Notes under the pieces: model-generated
Told to the model about the DNA's origin: nothing
What the model saw: only the letters and a program-made list of their open reading frames with translations
Databases searched by the model: none
Source of the DNA: Mucilaginibacter polytrichastri
Lineage (GTDB): Bacteria; Bacteroidota; Bacteroidia; Sphingobacteriales; Sphingobacteriaceae
NCBI RefSeq assembly: GCF_001911425.1
Contig: NZ_MPPL01000002.1
Location: forward strand, 48,067 to 78,097
DNA: 30,031 nt
Reading direction: 5' to 3'
Position numbers and translations under genes: made by a program
In this document: positions 9,959 to 19,218 of the stretch, piece after piece
How the letters are laid out: each line of letters starts with the position of its first letter
Numbering within the stretch: the stretch's first letter is position 1

Positions 9959-11587
9959 ATGAAAAATACATATTTATCACTTATAGGTGTACTTGCCATT
10001 ATTGGTTTATATTCTTGTACCAAGCTTAATAATAAAGACTATGGGACAATAGTTGCCAGTCAATTTAGTCCTACGCAACAGGATGTAGCTGCTCTCGTGG
10101 GCGTGCCTTATACTAACTGGCGTACCCTCGAACTGGGAAGAAGCGCAAATGCGATTTGGCGAACGAACGAAATATCGTCAGATGAGTCGGTAATTCCGGC
10201 GAGACCGAACGGATGGGTAGATAATGGTATTTATCAACGGATGCACTATCATAAATGGACAGCAGACGAAGACAACAGTTTTCAAATATGGACAAATGCT
10301 TATGCCGGAATTTCCAATTGCAACCGTTTATTATACCAGATAGACAATAATCTTATTCCTGTACAAACAGGTAAAGCCCAACTTGAGGCAGAGCTCAAAG
10401 TACTAAGGGCATCTTTCTATTATGCTTTGATAGACTTTTTTGGAAACGTTCCGATTATCACCAAATTCGATGTCCCCGCTGGTTATTTGCCACCACAAAG
10501 CACAAGGGCAGATGTGTACAATTTTATAATTTCTGAACTTAAAACGAACATCCCTTTGTTAAGTACGGCGGTAGATGCCAGTACCTATGGTAGGTTTAAT
10601 AAATATGCAGGTTTCGCATTGCTGGCTAAAATGTATCTGGAAGCAGGTGTATATTCCGGTACTCCTAATTGGCCGGGCTGTATCACTGCCTGCGACTCCG
10701 TAATTAATGCGGGAAAATATGCTCTTGAATCAGTACAAGCAAACGCTTTTGCCACACAAAATCAAAATTCGAAAGAAATTATTTTCGCAATTCCGTTTGA
10801 CAATGTATACACCTCCGATGGTAGCACAGCGTGGACATTGCACATGGAAACATTACAGCCCGAAAATCAGGCTACTTACAATTTCCAAAATTCGCCATGG
10901 GGAGGGATATGCGCAATACCTCAATTTATCAACACTTTTGATCCCAACGATGTCAGGCTAACTGCAAACTGGATACAAGGTCAACAATATGATGCATCTG
11001 GTAAAATATTACTTGGGACAATGGATAAATTTAGTGGTAAGCCTTTAGCATACATTAATCAGCTTCCTGGCGTAGACTCATCTCAGGAGGTTCATGGGTT
11101 CAGGCTTGGTAAATATCAGATCCAGGCTGGAGAACTTGTAGGTATGAGTAATGATTTTCCACTATTTAGGTATGCCGACATTTTAATGATGAAAGCAGAG
11201 TCTGCGTTGCGTAATGGAGATGCATCAACGGCAGCAACGCTGGTAACCCAAGTTCGCCAACGTAGTTTCACCAACAATCCTGCTCTGGCTACGGTAACGG
11301 CGGCTCAACTTCAAAGTGGCACAAGTGTGTATGATTATGGTTTGAGAAACCATTTACAAACCACACATGAGACTGCTTCAGATATTCAATACGGCAGAAT
11401 GCTTGATGAATTAGGATGGGAGTTTTCGCAGGAAGGCAGACGAAGGCAGGATATGATAAGATTTGGCGTGTTTACCTCTAAATCCTGGTTATCTCATTCG
11501 CCAAACGGAAGTTACCGTACATTATTGCCCTTGCCGACCAGTGCATTGCAAACAAATAAAAACTTAAAACAAAATTCAGGATACTAA
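9959..11587 (+). CDS. SusD/RagB-family nutrient-binding outer-membrane lipoprotein
   Basis: 542 aa. It has a lipoprotein signal with lipobox (IIGLYSC) and starts 18 nt after SusC. SusD-like stretches are present (RASFYYALIDFFGNVP, FRYADILMMKAESAL, WEFSQEGRRRQDMIRFG). Confidence 0.88.
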   Translation: MKNTYLSLIGVLAIIGLYSCTKLNNKDYGTIVASQFSPTQQDVAALVGVPYTNWRTLELGRSANAIWRTNEISSDESVIPARPNGWVDNGIYQRMHYHKWTADEDNSFQIWTNAYAGISNCNRLLYQIDNNLIPVQTGKAQLEAELKVLRASFYYALIDFFGNVPIITKFDVPAGYLPPQSTRADVYNFIISELKTNIPLLSTAVDASTYGRFNKYAGFALLAKMYLEAGVYSGTPNWPGCITACDSVINAGKYALESVQANAFATQNQNSKEIIFAIPFDNVYTSDGSTAWTLHMETLQPENQATYNFQNSPWGGICAIPQFINTFDPNDVRLTANWIQGQQYDASGKILLGTMDKFSGKPLAYINQLPGVDSSQEVHGFRLGKYQIQAGELVGMSNDFPLFRYADILMMKAESALRNGDASTAATLVTQVRQRSFTNNPALATVTAAQLQSGTSVYDYGLRNHLQTTHETASDIQYGRMLDELGWEFSQEGRRRQDMIRFGVFTSKSWLSHSPNGSYRTLLPLPTSALQTNKNLKQNSGY

Positions 11588-11614
11588 TTCTCTCCTCACT
11601 ATAATTGGTTTGAA

Positions 11615-11650
11615 GACGGGGCGGCTCTCAACCGCCCTGTCTCTATTTTT
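11615..11650 (+). terminator. Rho-independent terminator after the SusD-like gene
   Basis: GC-rich stem gacggggcgg (11615-11624) / ccgccctgtc (11632-11641, one G-U pair) with a 7-nt loop, followed by tctattttt. Confidence 0.7.
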
Positions 11651-11718
11651 AATACATTAGCTTAGCTATTGATATTGAAGGAGATAATAAGCATTCGACG
11701 AGAATTTTAATTAAAGTA

Positions 11719-13620
11719 ATGATGGAGGAAAAATTAAGACGATTTGCCGAAAATAATACATCTAAAAGCCCGAAACAACAAGCTTTCAAACTCCGTCTAT
11801 TCAAAATTATTGCGGTCATTATTCCGGTTCTGACTCTTGTGTTAATTGAGTTTTGTTTAAGGGCATTCCACTACGGCCATGATACTTCTTTGTTTATTCC
11901 ATACCCGGATGATACTTCTAAACTAGTGATGAACCGGTATGCTTCCGAGCCTTATTTTTCTGATTCAATAAACGCAACTAAAGGTTACATTGAGCCTTTT
12001 GATAAAGTAAAAAAGGCCAATACTTTAAGAATATTCGTCTTGGGCGAGTCAACCGGTGAGGGCTATCCTTATTTTCATAACGGATCATTTCATCGCTGGC
12101 TTCAATACAGGTTAATGCGCGAATTGCCTCAGTCGAATATTGAGATCATTAATTTATCGCTAACGGCAGTAAACTCTTACACCGTTCTTGGTTTTGGGAA
12201 ACAATTAGCTGATTATCATCCCGATGCCATACTGGTGTATGTTGGTCACAACGAATATTACGGGGCTTTGGGTATTGCTTCTACCAGCAGAATAGGCAGC
12301 AACCGGTTTCTCATTAACTGCCTTTTGGCGATGAAGAGATTACGAATTGTACAATGGCTAAACAATATGCTTTCATTACTTAAACCCGCGGCTGGCAGAA
12401 CCAATCAGGATATACGCGAAAACCTGATGAAAAGAATGGCAGGCAAACAACAACTGCCCTATAAAGGAGAAGCTTATAATAAAGGCATCAGACAGTTTAG
12501 CGAAAATCTGACTGAATTATGTAGCTTTTATTCCGGCAAAAAAATCCCGATATTTTTAAGTACTGTATTTAGTAATGAAAAAGATTTAAGCCCGTTTATC
12601 AGTGCTCCAATTGATAGCCCGCTCTCGGCACTTAAAATTTACAACCAAGGTAAAAATGAATATGCCCGCGGCCTGTATACTGATGCTAAAAAAGATTTTA
12701 TACAAGCCAAAGAATTAGATATGTTGCGCTTCCGTGCACCGGAGGCCATGAACCAAATTATTAAAGAAATGGGTAGTCGCTTCAACTTCGTCCATATTGT
12801 TGATTCAAAGGCATTTTATGAACAACATGCCTTACACGGTGTTCTTGGAAACGAAATGCTTTTAGAACATGTACACCCTAATTTATTCGGATACGCGCTG
12901 TTATCAGAGGCCTTCTACCAATCATTAAAAACCCACAAGCTTATCTCGCCCGGTGTAGGCAACCTAATTACGTTCAATGAACTATTGAAGCAAATGCCCA
13001 TTACCAAAATCGATTCATTATTCGGGAGCTACCAAATTATGATGTTAAAATCGGGGTGGCCATTTAACCAAAAGATTGCTAAAGACTTTAAGGTTGGCAA
13101 TAGCCTGTCAGAACGACTGGCGGGGCCGCTTTCGGTAGGAAGTATTACCTGGAGACAGGCCATGGATGACTTGTATAGCCAATCTATGAAAAACAATGAT
13201 GAAGCTGAAGCGCTAAAAGCAACCGAAGCAATAATTCTCGATCAGCCTTTCAAGCCAAGTAATTACCTTTTTGCAGGGAGGCTTGCATTTGATACGGGGC
13301 AGGAAAAAAAAGCAGAATTTTATTTTAAGAAATGCTATGCGTTGGACCCATCACCTAATATTACTGAAAGTTTAATACTTTTCTATATCAAAACCGATCA
13401 GCCGGAAAAAGCTTTGCCCTATTTAAAGGTAATGACCGAAAAGGGCGAGGGCCAAAACCTGATAAACATGCAAGCTATTGTTGACATTTTGGTTAGCGAC
13501 AAAAAGAGCCTTGAAAACCAGCAGTTGAATAAAAAAGAGATAATGTCAAAAATCTCCGCTGATTATTTAAAGCTTGGGGAAAAGAAATTGGCGATGGATT
13601 ATCTAAATGACAAAAAATGA
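11719..13620 (+). CDS. Membrane-anchored SGNH/GDSL-type hydrolase-like protein with C-terminal TPR-like region
   Basis: 633 aa with an N-terminal TM (LFKIIAVIIPVLTLVLIEFCL). SGNH-like blocks are present: IFVLGESTGEGYPY (block I, G-E-S), YVGHNEYYG (block III-like) and LEHVHPNLFGY (block V, xxH). The C-terminal helical repeats look TPR-like (AEFYFKKCYALDPSPN). Its stop overlaps the next start (ATGA at 13617). Confidence 0.65.
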   Translation: MMEEKLRRFAENNTSKSPKQQAFKLRLFKIIAVIIPVLTLVLIEFCLRAFHYGHDTSLFIPYPDDTSKLVMNRYASEPYFSDSINATKGYIEPFDKVKKANTLRIFVLGESTGEGYPYFHNGSFHRWLQYRLMRELPQSNIEIINLSLTAVNSYTVLGFGKQLADYHPDAILVYVGHNEYYGALGIASTSRIGSNRFLINCLLAMKRLRIVQWLNNMLSLLKPAAGRTNQDIRENLMKRMAGKQQLPYKGEAYNKGIRQFSENLTELCSFYSGKKIPIFLSTVFSNEKDLSPFISAPIDSPLSALKIYNQGKNEYARGLYTDAKKDFIQAKELDMLRFRAPEAMNQIIKEMGSRFNFVHIVDSKAFYEQHALHGVLGNEMLLEHVHPNLFGYALLSEAFYQSLKTHKLISPGVGNLITFNELLKQMPITKIDSLFGSYQIMMLKSGWPFNQKIAKDFKVGNSLSERLAGPLSVGSITWRQAMDDLYSQSMKNNDEAEALKATEAIILDQPFKPSNYLFAGRLAFDTGQEKKAEFYFKKCYALDPSPNITESLILFYIKTDQPEKALPYLKVMTEKGEGQNLINMQAIVDILVSDKKSLENQQLNKKEIMSKISADYLKLGEKKLAMDYLNDKK

Positions 13621-14003
13621 ATAAGACCATTAAAAAGAACAGAGATTTTGGCTATGTAGTCGGCGGCTTTTTATTCGCAATATTTGTTTACCGTTATTTT
13701 AAAACAGCCCAATTATCCTGGCCCTATTGCGCGGCATCATTTGCATTACTGTTTACTAGTATAATTATACCCCGATGTTTAACATCATTGCGTTTGCTTT
13801 GGGAGACAATTGGTGAATGGTTAGGTTATGTAAATTCCTTGCTGATACTTACATTAATTTATTTTTTCATAATCACCCCGCTGGGTGTAATTAGTAGATT
13901 ATTAGCAAAAGATCCACTAAAACTAAAGACCGATAAACAGGCAACTACTTATTGGGAGCCTGTTGATTCTAAAATAAAAACTGTTCTGTCACATCAATTT
14001 TAA
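13617..14003 (+). CDS. SxtJ-like small membrane protein
   Basis: 128 aa with three hydrophobic segments. The segment WETIGEWLGYVNSLLILTLIYFFIITPLGVISRLLAKDPLKLK matches my recollection of the SxtJ family, which accompanies carbamoyltransferases. Its position next to a DUF5989-like ORF and a carbamoyltransferase supports the call. Confidence 0.6.
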   Translation: MNKTIKKNRDFGYVVGGFLFAIFVYRYFKTAQLSWPYCAASFALLFTSIIIPRCLTSLRLLWETIGEWLGYVNSLLILTLIYFFIITPLGVISRLLAKDPLKLKTDKQATTYWEPVDSKIKTVLSHQF

Positions 14004-14005
14004 GC

Positions 14006-14155
14006 ATGGAAATACTGATCGAATTTTGTGTTTTTCTTAAACAAAGAAAACGTTATTGGCTTTGGCCTACTATTATATTAATCGTCTTTTTAAGCCTATT
14101 CATAGTTATTGCTCAGTCAACAGCATTATCAACACTAATTTATTCACTCTTTTAG
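14006..14155 (+). CDS. DUF5989/SxtK-like 49-aa membrane peptide (absent from the ORF track, below its length cutoff)
   Basis: The ATG at 14006 translates to MEILIEFCVFLKQRKRYWLWPTIILIVFLSLFIVIAQSTALSTLIYSLF, with a TAG at 14153-14155. It has the basic KxRKRYWLxP motif, one TM and an IYSLF end typical of this family. It fills the gap between the SxtJ-like stop (14003) and the carbamoyltransferase ATG (14158). Confidence 0.6.
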   Translation: MEILIEFCVFLKQRKRYWLWPTIILIVFLSLFIVIAQSTALSTLIYSLF

Positions 14156-14157
14156 TA

Positions 14158-15948
14158 ATGTATATCATTGGTATTTCATGTTTCTACCATGACAGTGCTG
14201 CTTGTATTATAAAAGATGGCGAAATTTTAGCGGCTGTGCAGGAGGAACGTTTTACCAGAATAAAAAATGATGATTCTTTTCCGCAACAATCAATTAAATA
14301 CTGTTTGGAGTATTGTCAAATTGATTTAGGGGTAATAGCATATTTTGTCTTTTATGAAAAACCTTTTCTAAAATTTGAGCGAATACTCGAAACTTTTACA
14401 GCAACCTCACCACTTGGCTTTATTCAGTATTTAAAGGGAATGCCCATTTGGGTAAAGGATAAATTGTTCATGAAACGTACATTGCTGAGAAATATTCAGG
14501 CAATATCCCCCGATAGTACAATTAAGAAAGAACAATTATTATTCAGTGAGCATCACTTGTCACACATAGCATCCGCATATTATCCTTCCCCATTTAACGA
14601 TGCCGTAATTTTAACACTAGATGGGGTGGGCGAATGGGCAACCACATCTGTTGCATTGGGCGAAAACGGAAAAATATCGCCACAATTTGAAATACGTTTC
14701 CCCCACTCGCTCGGATTGCTGTACTCGGCATTTACCCATTATCTTGGATTTAAAGTAAATTGTGACGAGTTTAAGGTGATGGGGCTTGCACCTTACGGCA
14801 ACCCGGCCTATAAAAATATAATCCTCGAAAAGTTAATCGATGTGCAGGAAGATGGATCATTCCATCTCAACATGACTTATTTCAACTTCCTGAATGGCCT
14901 GAAAATGACCAATGGCCGTTTCGAAAAACTATTTGGGGCCAAAAGACGAAAGCCTTCTGAGACTATTTTACAATTTCATATGGATATTGCCAAATCAATC
15001 CAGGAGGTGACGGAAGATGTGATATTGAAAATTGCCATTACTTTACGAAAAAAATATCGTTCCACTAATTTGTGCCTTGCGGGTGGTGTTGCCCTTAATT
15101 GCGTAGCTAATGGTTTGTTGTTAAAAGAAAGTGGCTTCGAAAATATTTGGATACAACCGGCAGCTGGTGATGCCGGGGGGGCTTTGGGCGCTGCTTTGTA
15201 TGCCTATCACGATTTGACAGATAGCAAACGTGAATTAGGTTTACAAAGAAATGATTACATGAAATGCAGTCTTTTAGGCCCGGAATATACAAAGGAGCAG
15301 ATAATAGCTATTCTTGATAAACAAAATATCTGCTATCATCTTTATGATGACGAGGATTTCTTCCCCAAATTGTCGTCCCTTTTAGTAGATGGTAATGTAG
15401 CAGGATGGTTTTCAGGCAGGATGGAGTTTGGTCCGCGAGCACTTGGCAGCAGAAGTATTATTGCGGACGCACGAAGCATTAGTATGCAGACAATAATCAA
15501 CAAAAAAATAAAATTCCGGGAGTCTTTCCGGCCATTTGCTCCAGCGGTGCTTGAAGCACACGCTGATGAATACTTTGAGCTTGATTGCAAGAGTCCGTAC
15601 ATGTTATTTACCGCACCAGTGGCGAAAAGTAAAAGAATTATTAAAATTGAAACTGCTGCATCGGGATTTGATAAGCTTAAGATTAGCCGTTCGGTAATCC
15701 CTGCCGTAACGCATGTTGATTATTCTGCCCGTATCCAAACCGTTAGTCCGGCAAACGGCGACTTTTATACACTTATCGACAGTTTCTATAAGCTAACTGG
15801 TTGCCCACTGCTCATAAATACCTCTTTTAATGTTATGGATGAACCTATTGTCTGCAATCCTGATGATGCTTTAAAGTGCTTCCTGGATACAGAAATGGAT
15901 ATTTTAGCATTCAAAAATATTATAATTTATAAATGTGAGAATAGATAA
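14158..15948 (+). CDS. NodU/CmcH-family carbamoyltransferase (SxtI-like)
   Basis: The canonical family N-terminus MYIIGISCFYHDSAACIIKDGEILAAVQEERFTRIKND begins at the ATG at 14158, which is residue 35 of the track ORF 14056..15948. Further family blocks are SEHHLSHIASAYY, LAGGVALNCVAN, GPRALGSRSI, FRPFAP and NTSFN. The track's alternative start at 14056 would overlap the DUF5989-like ORF. Confidence 0.9.
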   Translation: MYIIGISCFYHDSAACIIKDGEILAAVQEERFTRIKNDDSFPQQSIKYCLEYCQIDLGVIAYFVFYEKPFLKFERILETFTATSPLGFIQYLKGMPIWVKDKLFMKRTLLRNIQAISPDSTIKKEQLLFSEHHLSHIASAYYPSPFNDAVILTLDGVGEWATTSVALGENGKISPQFEIRFPHSLGLLYSAFTHYLGFKVNCDEFKVMGLAPYGNPAYKNIILEKLIDVQEDGSFHLNMTYFNFLNGLKMTNGRFEKLFGAKRRKPSETILQFHMDIAKSIQEVTEDVILKIAITLRKKYRSTNLCLAGGVALNCVANGLLLKESGFENIWIQPAAGDAGGALGAALYAYHDLTDSKRELGLQRNDYMKCSLLGPEYTKEQIIAILDKQNICYHLYDDEDFFPKLSSLLVDGNVAGWFSGRMEFGPRALGSRSIIADARSISMQTIINKKIKFRESFRPFAPAVLEAHADEYFELDCKSPYMLFTAPVAKSKRIIKIETAASGFDKLKISRSVIPAVTHVDYSARIQTVSPANGDFYTLIDSFYKLTGCPLLINTSFNVMDEPIVCNPDDALKCFLDTEMDILAFKNIIIYKCENR

Positions 15949-16674
15949 CCACGATCCACTGTGAAGGAATTGGTAGTAAATAACCTTAGCAAAAAGTACA
16001 AAAGTACGCTGTATTACGAAAGCCTAATGGTATTACTAAATGTCACCCCTTTAGTTAATCCTTACACAAAATTGCTTTACTCAGTGTATGCGCATAGTTT
16101 GTTACAAGCAAAAATGCTTTCTGACAATTAAAAAGCAATATTATCCAACAAGCTAAGCGTATTGCATATTTATCTGCATGATAGCAAATCCGCGCTTCCC
16201 CTACAAAAGGAATTTTACGTCTGAAAAGTAAGTTACATCACCAATTCCTGAGCAATTGCCTTACGGATGTTGAGGTTTTTTGAGTTGATGGTCATAAATA
16301 TGATTTAAAAGATTTCTCGCTATATCTTAGGAAACTCTACTGATATCAAAATAAAAAAGTGCATTAGAGCGCGTGATTTTAGTCAGCTAAGTTGTTATCA
16401 ATTCTACTGCCTCGTCGGTCTGTTTTTGTAAGGTCGGCATATCTTCAAGTTTAAGGTACTACAAAATAGTCAACACTAAAGATATAGCTTCCGGTTGCGA
16501 CTGCAATGGCCGTCTTATATGATTTTAATGTGATTAAAGTTAGATACGCCCAAGATAAATAATGCAGCCTTTGGTATGTATATTTTATTTATAAAAAATG
16601 GGCTAATATTTATTGCAATATTTTTTTTTAATCATAAGTAGTTGTATATTAGACCATACCTAACTTATTCCGCA

Positions 16675-16995
16675 ATGGCAAACCTTAAAATTGAACTCAA
16701 GGGCGAAGGAACGATCGACAACGCAGCGATATTCATAGATGACCCGCTAGAAAAATTACCCCATTCTTTACAGAAAGACGATGATACGTCCTGGTCGCTG
16801 GATGACGTCAGTATTCCGATGTCACCTGGGGATGACCTGACTTATACCCTCTATGTGGTCGCCTTCTCGGGTACTAAATTCAGTTGTGTAATAACTGATA
16901 AAGGCAGCGGCGGGACGATTAGCTTTTCGGACGTGACCGGCAAACAGATCAAGAATCGTGCGATCAGCAAAGGTGATAAACCATTCAGCGAATGA
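16675..16995 (+). CDS. Hypothetical small soluble protein, first gene of the island operon
   Basis: The first ATG (MANLKIELKGEG...) is at 16675 within the 16642..16995 ORF. It has no signal peptide and is acidic and beta-rich by eye. Its stop overlaps the next start (ATGA at 16992). I recognise no family. Confidence 0.5.
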   Translation: MANLKIELKGEGTIDNAAIFIDDPLEKLPHSLQKDDDTSWSLDDVSIPMSPGDDLTYTLYVVAFSGTKFSCVITDKGSGGTISFSDVTGKQIKNRAISKGDKPFSE

Positions 16996-17936
16996 GAAAG
17001 GTCCCTTTATTGTTCGTTCTGGTGTTGGGCACCGGGACGATCACTTACGCACAGACTTCTGTATTTCAGGATGGTAAAGGGGAGTCAGCTTATAAATTAC
17101 TCGGCAATGCGGTCAGTGTAAATACCGGTGACAAAAGTCTTGCGGCAACGCTGAAGGGGAAAGACGAGGTTTCTCAAAATAACACTCATTTTAATTCCTG
17201 GGCGATGAATGTCAACCTGGCAGCTAGCGATGGCTCGTCCGCGCTGAAATCAGATGATGGCTTTTTATTTAACGGAAGTATTGGTGCCAGCCGGATATGG
17301 AAACGCGTTGCTCCCGCGGTTGGCAATACCGATGCTTGGACGAACGCCTGGTACATCAACGGGAATTTTTTAGTGGAGCGCAACAAATTGTATGACCTGA
17401 GCCTTGCCAAGGACAAAGTATTTGATCAGGGCAACGCAGGTTGGAAATTTGCAGCGGGCAGAAGCGGTTATTCAGGTGATCATCTATGGGGTTACGAATT
17501 GAACCTGGGGCAAGCTACCAACGCAAAAGACATCAAGCAGACCACTGTCAGTACGATCCAGTCAGGCGGTACTGATTCCATCAAACTGGAAAAGCAGCAA
17601 TCTGCTTACGCGACCAGCGTTTTTCAGGGCACTCAATTCAATGTACAGCTCAACGCGGATTACGCGTGGGCGCTGACTGCCAAAAAAGCAGCAAACAATG
17701 CAGATGTTCCGGCGCTGTATTTGGCTGGCCTTTTCCGTAGCAAATTCTTTCAGCTAAGCAAACCCCAGATCAATCCCGCTATAGGACTTTATATCGCCAA
17801 CCCTGGTAAGCCTCAAAGTATTTCGGCTGGATTCAACGTACAGGAGTCTGACTTGTTCAACGTACTGCATGCAAAAGACAGTTCGGTAGGCAAACGGATC
17901 GGAATTAGTTTCACGGCTGGTTTTAGTATCGATTAA
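16992..17936 (+). CDS. Secreted protein of unknown function, possibly an outer-membrane beta-barrel
   Basis: 314 aa with a clear signal peptide (MRKVPLLFVLVLGTGTITYAQTS). Alternating amphipathic stretches are present (YINGNFLV, GYELNLGQ, FNVQLNADYAWAL, IGLYIAN, GISFTAGFSID). The barrel call is inference only. Confidence 0.55.
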   Translation: MRKVPLLFVLVLGTGTITYAQTSVFQDGKGESAYKLLGNAVSVNTGDKSLAATLKGKDEVSQNNTHFNSWAMNVNLAASDGSSALKSDDGFLFNGSIGASRIWKRVAPAVGNTDAWTNAWYINGNFLVERNKLYDLSLAKDKVFDQGNAGWKFAAGRSGYSGDHLWGYELNLGQATNAKDIKQTTVSTIQSGGTDSIKLEKQQSAYATSVFQGTQFNVQLNADYAWALTAKKAANNADVPALYLAGLFRSKFFQLSKPQINPAIGLYIANPGKPQSISAGFNVQESDLFNVLHAKDSSVGKRIGISFTAGFSID

Positions 17937-17952
17937 CTTAAAAAAAAACTAT

Positions 17953-18561
17953 ATGAACCCTATCGCTTGTTTTTGGATCGTTTTTGTAGTGATCCTTTTG
18001 GCTCTCGTTTTATTGGAAGTGAAATATCATTTGTTAAAAGATATCGGGCGCCCGCCCGCGACGACACCGGAAGACGCGGTGCCAAATAAAAAAGATGTGA
18101 CCTACAGTTGGTCCAGAGTGCAGCTAGCTTGGTGGACGCTGATCATACTCAGCGCTTTTACCACAATACTGCTAATCGACAGGGAAGCGCCGGACTTGGC
18201 AACCTCCACACTGATTCTGATCGGCATCAGCACGGCTACGATTGCCACTGCCCGCTCAATAGATGTCAACGATCAGGATAAACTGCAAAAATTACCGGGT
18301 CAAAACAGCCAGGGGCTGTTGATCGATATTTTGTCTGATCAGACCGGTGTCAGCATCCCCCGTTTTCAGAACGTAGTATTTAATGTGATCTTCGGGATAT
18401 GGTTCGTCGGGGAAGTACTACATCACTTGGTACAACTACCGGGTGGCGGCATAAACGCGATCATGCCGGACATTTCCACCAATAACCTGATTTTGCTGGG
18501 CCTGAGTTCGGCGACTTATGCAGCATTGAAAACGACAGAGAATAACTCCGCAACGAAATGA
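17953..18561 (+). CDS. Polytopic inner-membrane protein of unknown function
   Basis: 202 aa with about five hydrophobic helices (IACFWIVFVVILLALVLLEV, LAWWTLIILSAFTTILLI, LILIGISTATIATA, VVFNVIFGIWFVGEVL, LILLGLSSATYAAL). Its stop overlaps the nuclease start (ATGA at 18558). Confidence 0.6.
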   Translation: MNPIACFWIVFVVILLALVLLEVKYHLLKDIGRPPATTPEDAVPNKKDVTYSWSRVQLAWWTLIILSAFTTILLIDREAPDLATSTLILIGISTATIATARSIDVNDQDKLQKLPGQNSQGLLIDILSDQTGVSIPRFQNVVFNVIFGIWFVGEVLHHLVQLPGGGINAIMPDISTNNLILLGLSSATYAALKTTENNSATK

Positions 18562-19217
18562 AGATCAAGAGTAATCTTTTGCTAGCGGTAGCCGGTGCCG
18601 CCGCTGCAGTCGGGGTTAACCAGCGCTTTACGACGAGCCTGCCTTCCGAAATAACCGTCCCGCATCATCATTATACGACTTATTATGACGTCACCAGTCA
18701 CGAGGCGGATTCGGTCAGTTGGAACCTCGCACCAGAAATGTTAGGGTGTACCGATAAGCCCAAGCGGAAAGACCTATTTGGACAGGACCCGCAAATACCA
18801 GATACCTATAAGCTTAAGGACAACTACATCAACTCAGGCTATGATAAAGGACATTTGTTCAATTATGAGGATGCTTCCTGCGATAGTACCGACCGGGTCG
18901 AATGTTTCTATATGAGCAATATGCTGCCGCAGCCTCACTATCTCAATGCCGGAAAATGGAAGACGTTGGAAGAGCAGTGCCGCAAGTGGGCACAAACACA
19001 AAAACTGCACATCATTGCCGGAGGGATCGGCCGGATCAAAACGATAGGTTCAGGGCAGGTTACAGTTCCGCAATATTGCTACAAGGCCATTTTAATGAAT
19101 GGAATTTATCAATGTTGGCTTTTTCCCAACGACAAAAAACTTCCTGCCGAAATCCCGCTCGACTCCTGCAAAATTAGCACGGCAGCATTAGATCAAAAAA
19201 CCGGGTTAAAACTTTGA
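18558..19217 (+). CDS. DNA/RNA non-specific endonuclease (NucA / Serratia-nuclease, beta-beta-alpha-Me family), exported or anchored
   Basis: 219 aa with an N-terminal hydrophobic signal or anchor (LLLAVAGAAAAVGV). It has the family signature SGYDKGHLFNYEDAS (compare DRGH; His99 codon at 18852-18854). That is followed by FYMSNMLPQPHYLNAGKWKTLEEQ (compare N-x-x-PQ ... N-x-G-x-W-x-x-LE). Confidence 0.8.
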   Translation: MKIKSNLLLAVAGAAAAVGVNQRFTTSLPSEITVPHHHYTTYYDVTSHEADSVSWNLAPEMLGCTDKPKRKDLFGQDPQIPDTYKLKDNYINSGYDKGHLFNYEDASCDSTDRVECFYMSNMLPQPHYLNAGKWKTLEEQCRKWAQTQKLHIIAGGIGRIKTIGSGQVTVPQYCYKAILMNGIYQCWLFPNDKKLPAEIPLDSCKISTAALDQKTGLKL

Positions 19218-19218
19218 T

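Noticed and set aside
7028-10961. Internal or antisense ORFs within SusC/SusD: 7028..7285, 7039..7245, 7312..7689, 9308..9577, 9324..9530, 10113..10295, 10707..10961
   Set aside because: These are shadow ORFs of confidently called genes, with no independent evidence.
14056-14157. The alternative start at 14056 for the carbamoyltransferase, as in the ORF track
   Set aside because: The conserved family N-terminus begins at the ATG at 14158. The extension overlaps a better-supported 49-aa DUF5989-like gene in another frame.
15107-15602. Antisense ORFs 15107..15292 and 15342..15602
   Set aside because: They lie inside the carbamoyltransferase gene and have no motifs.
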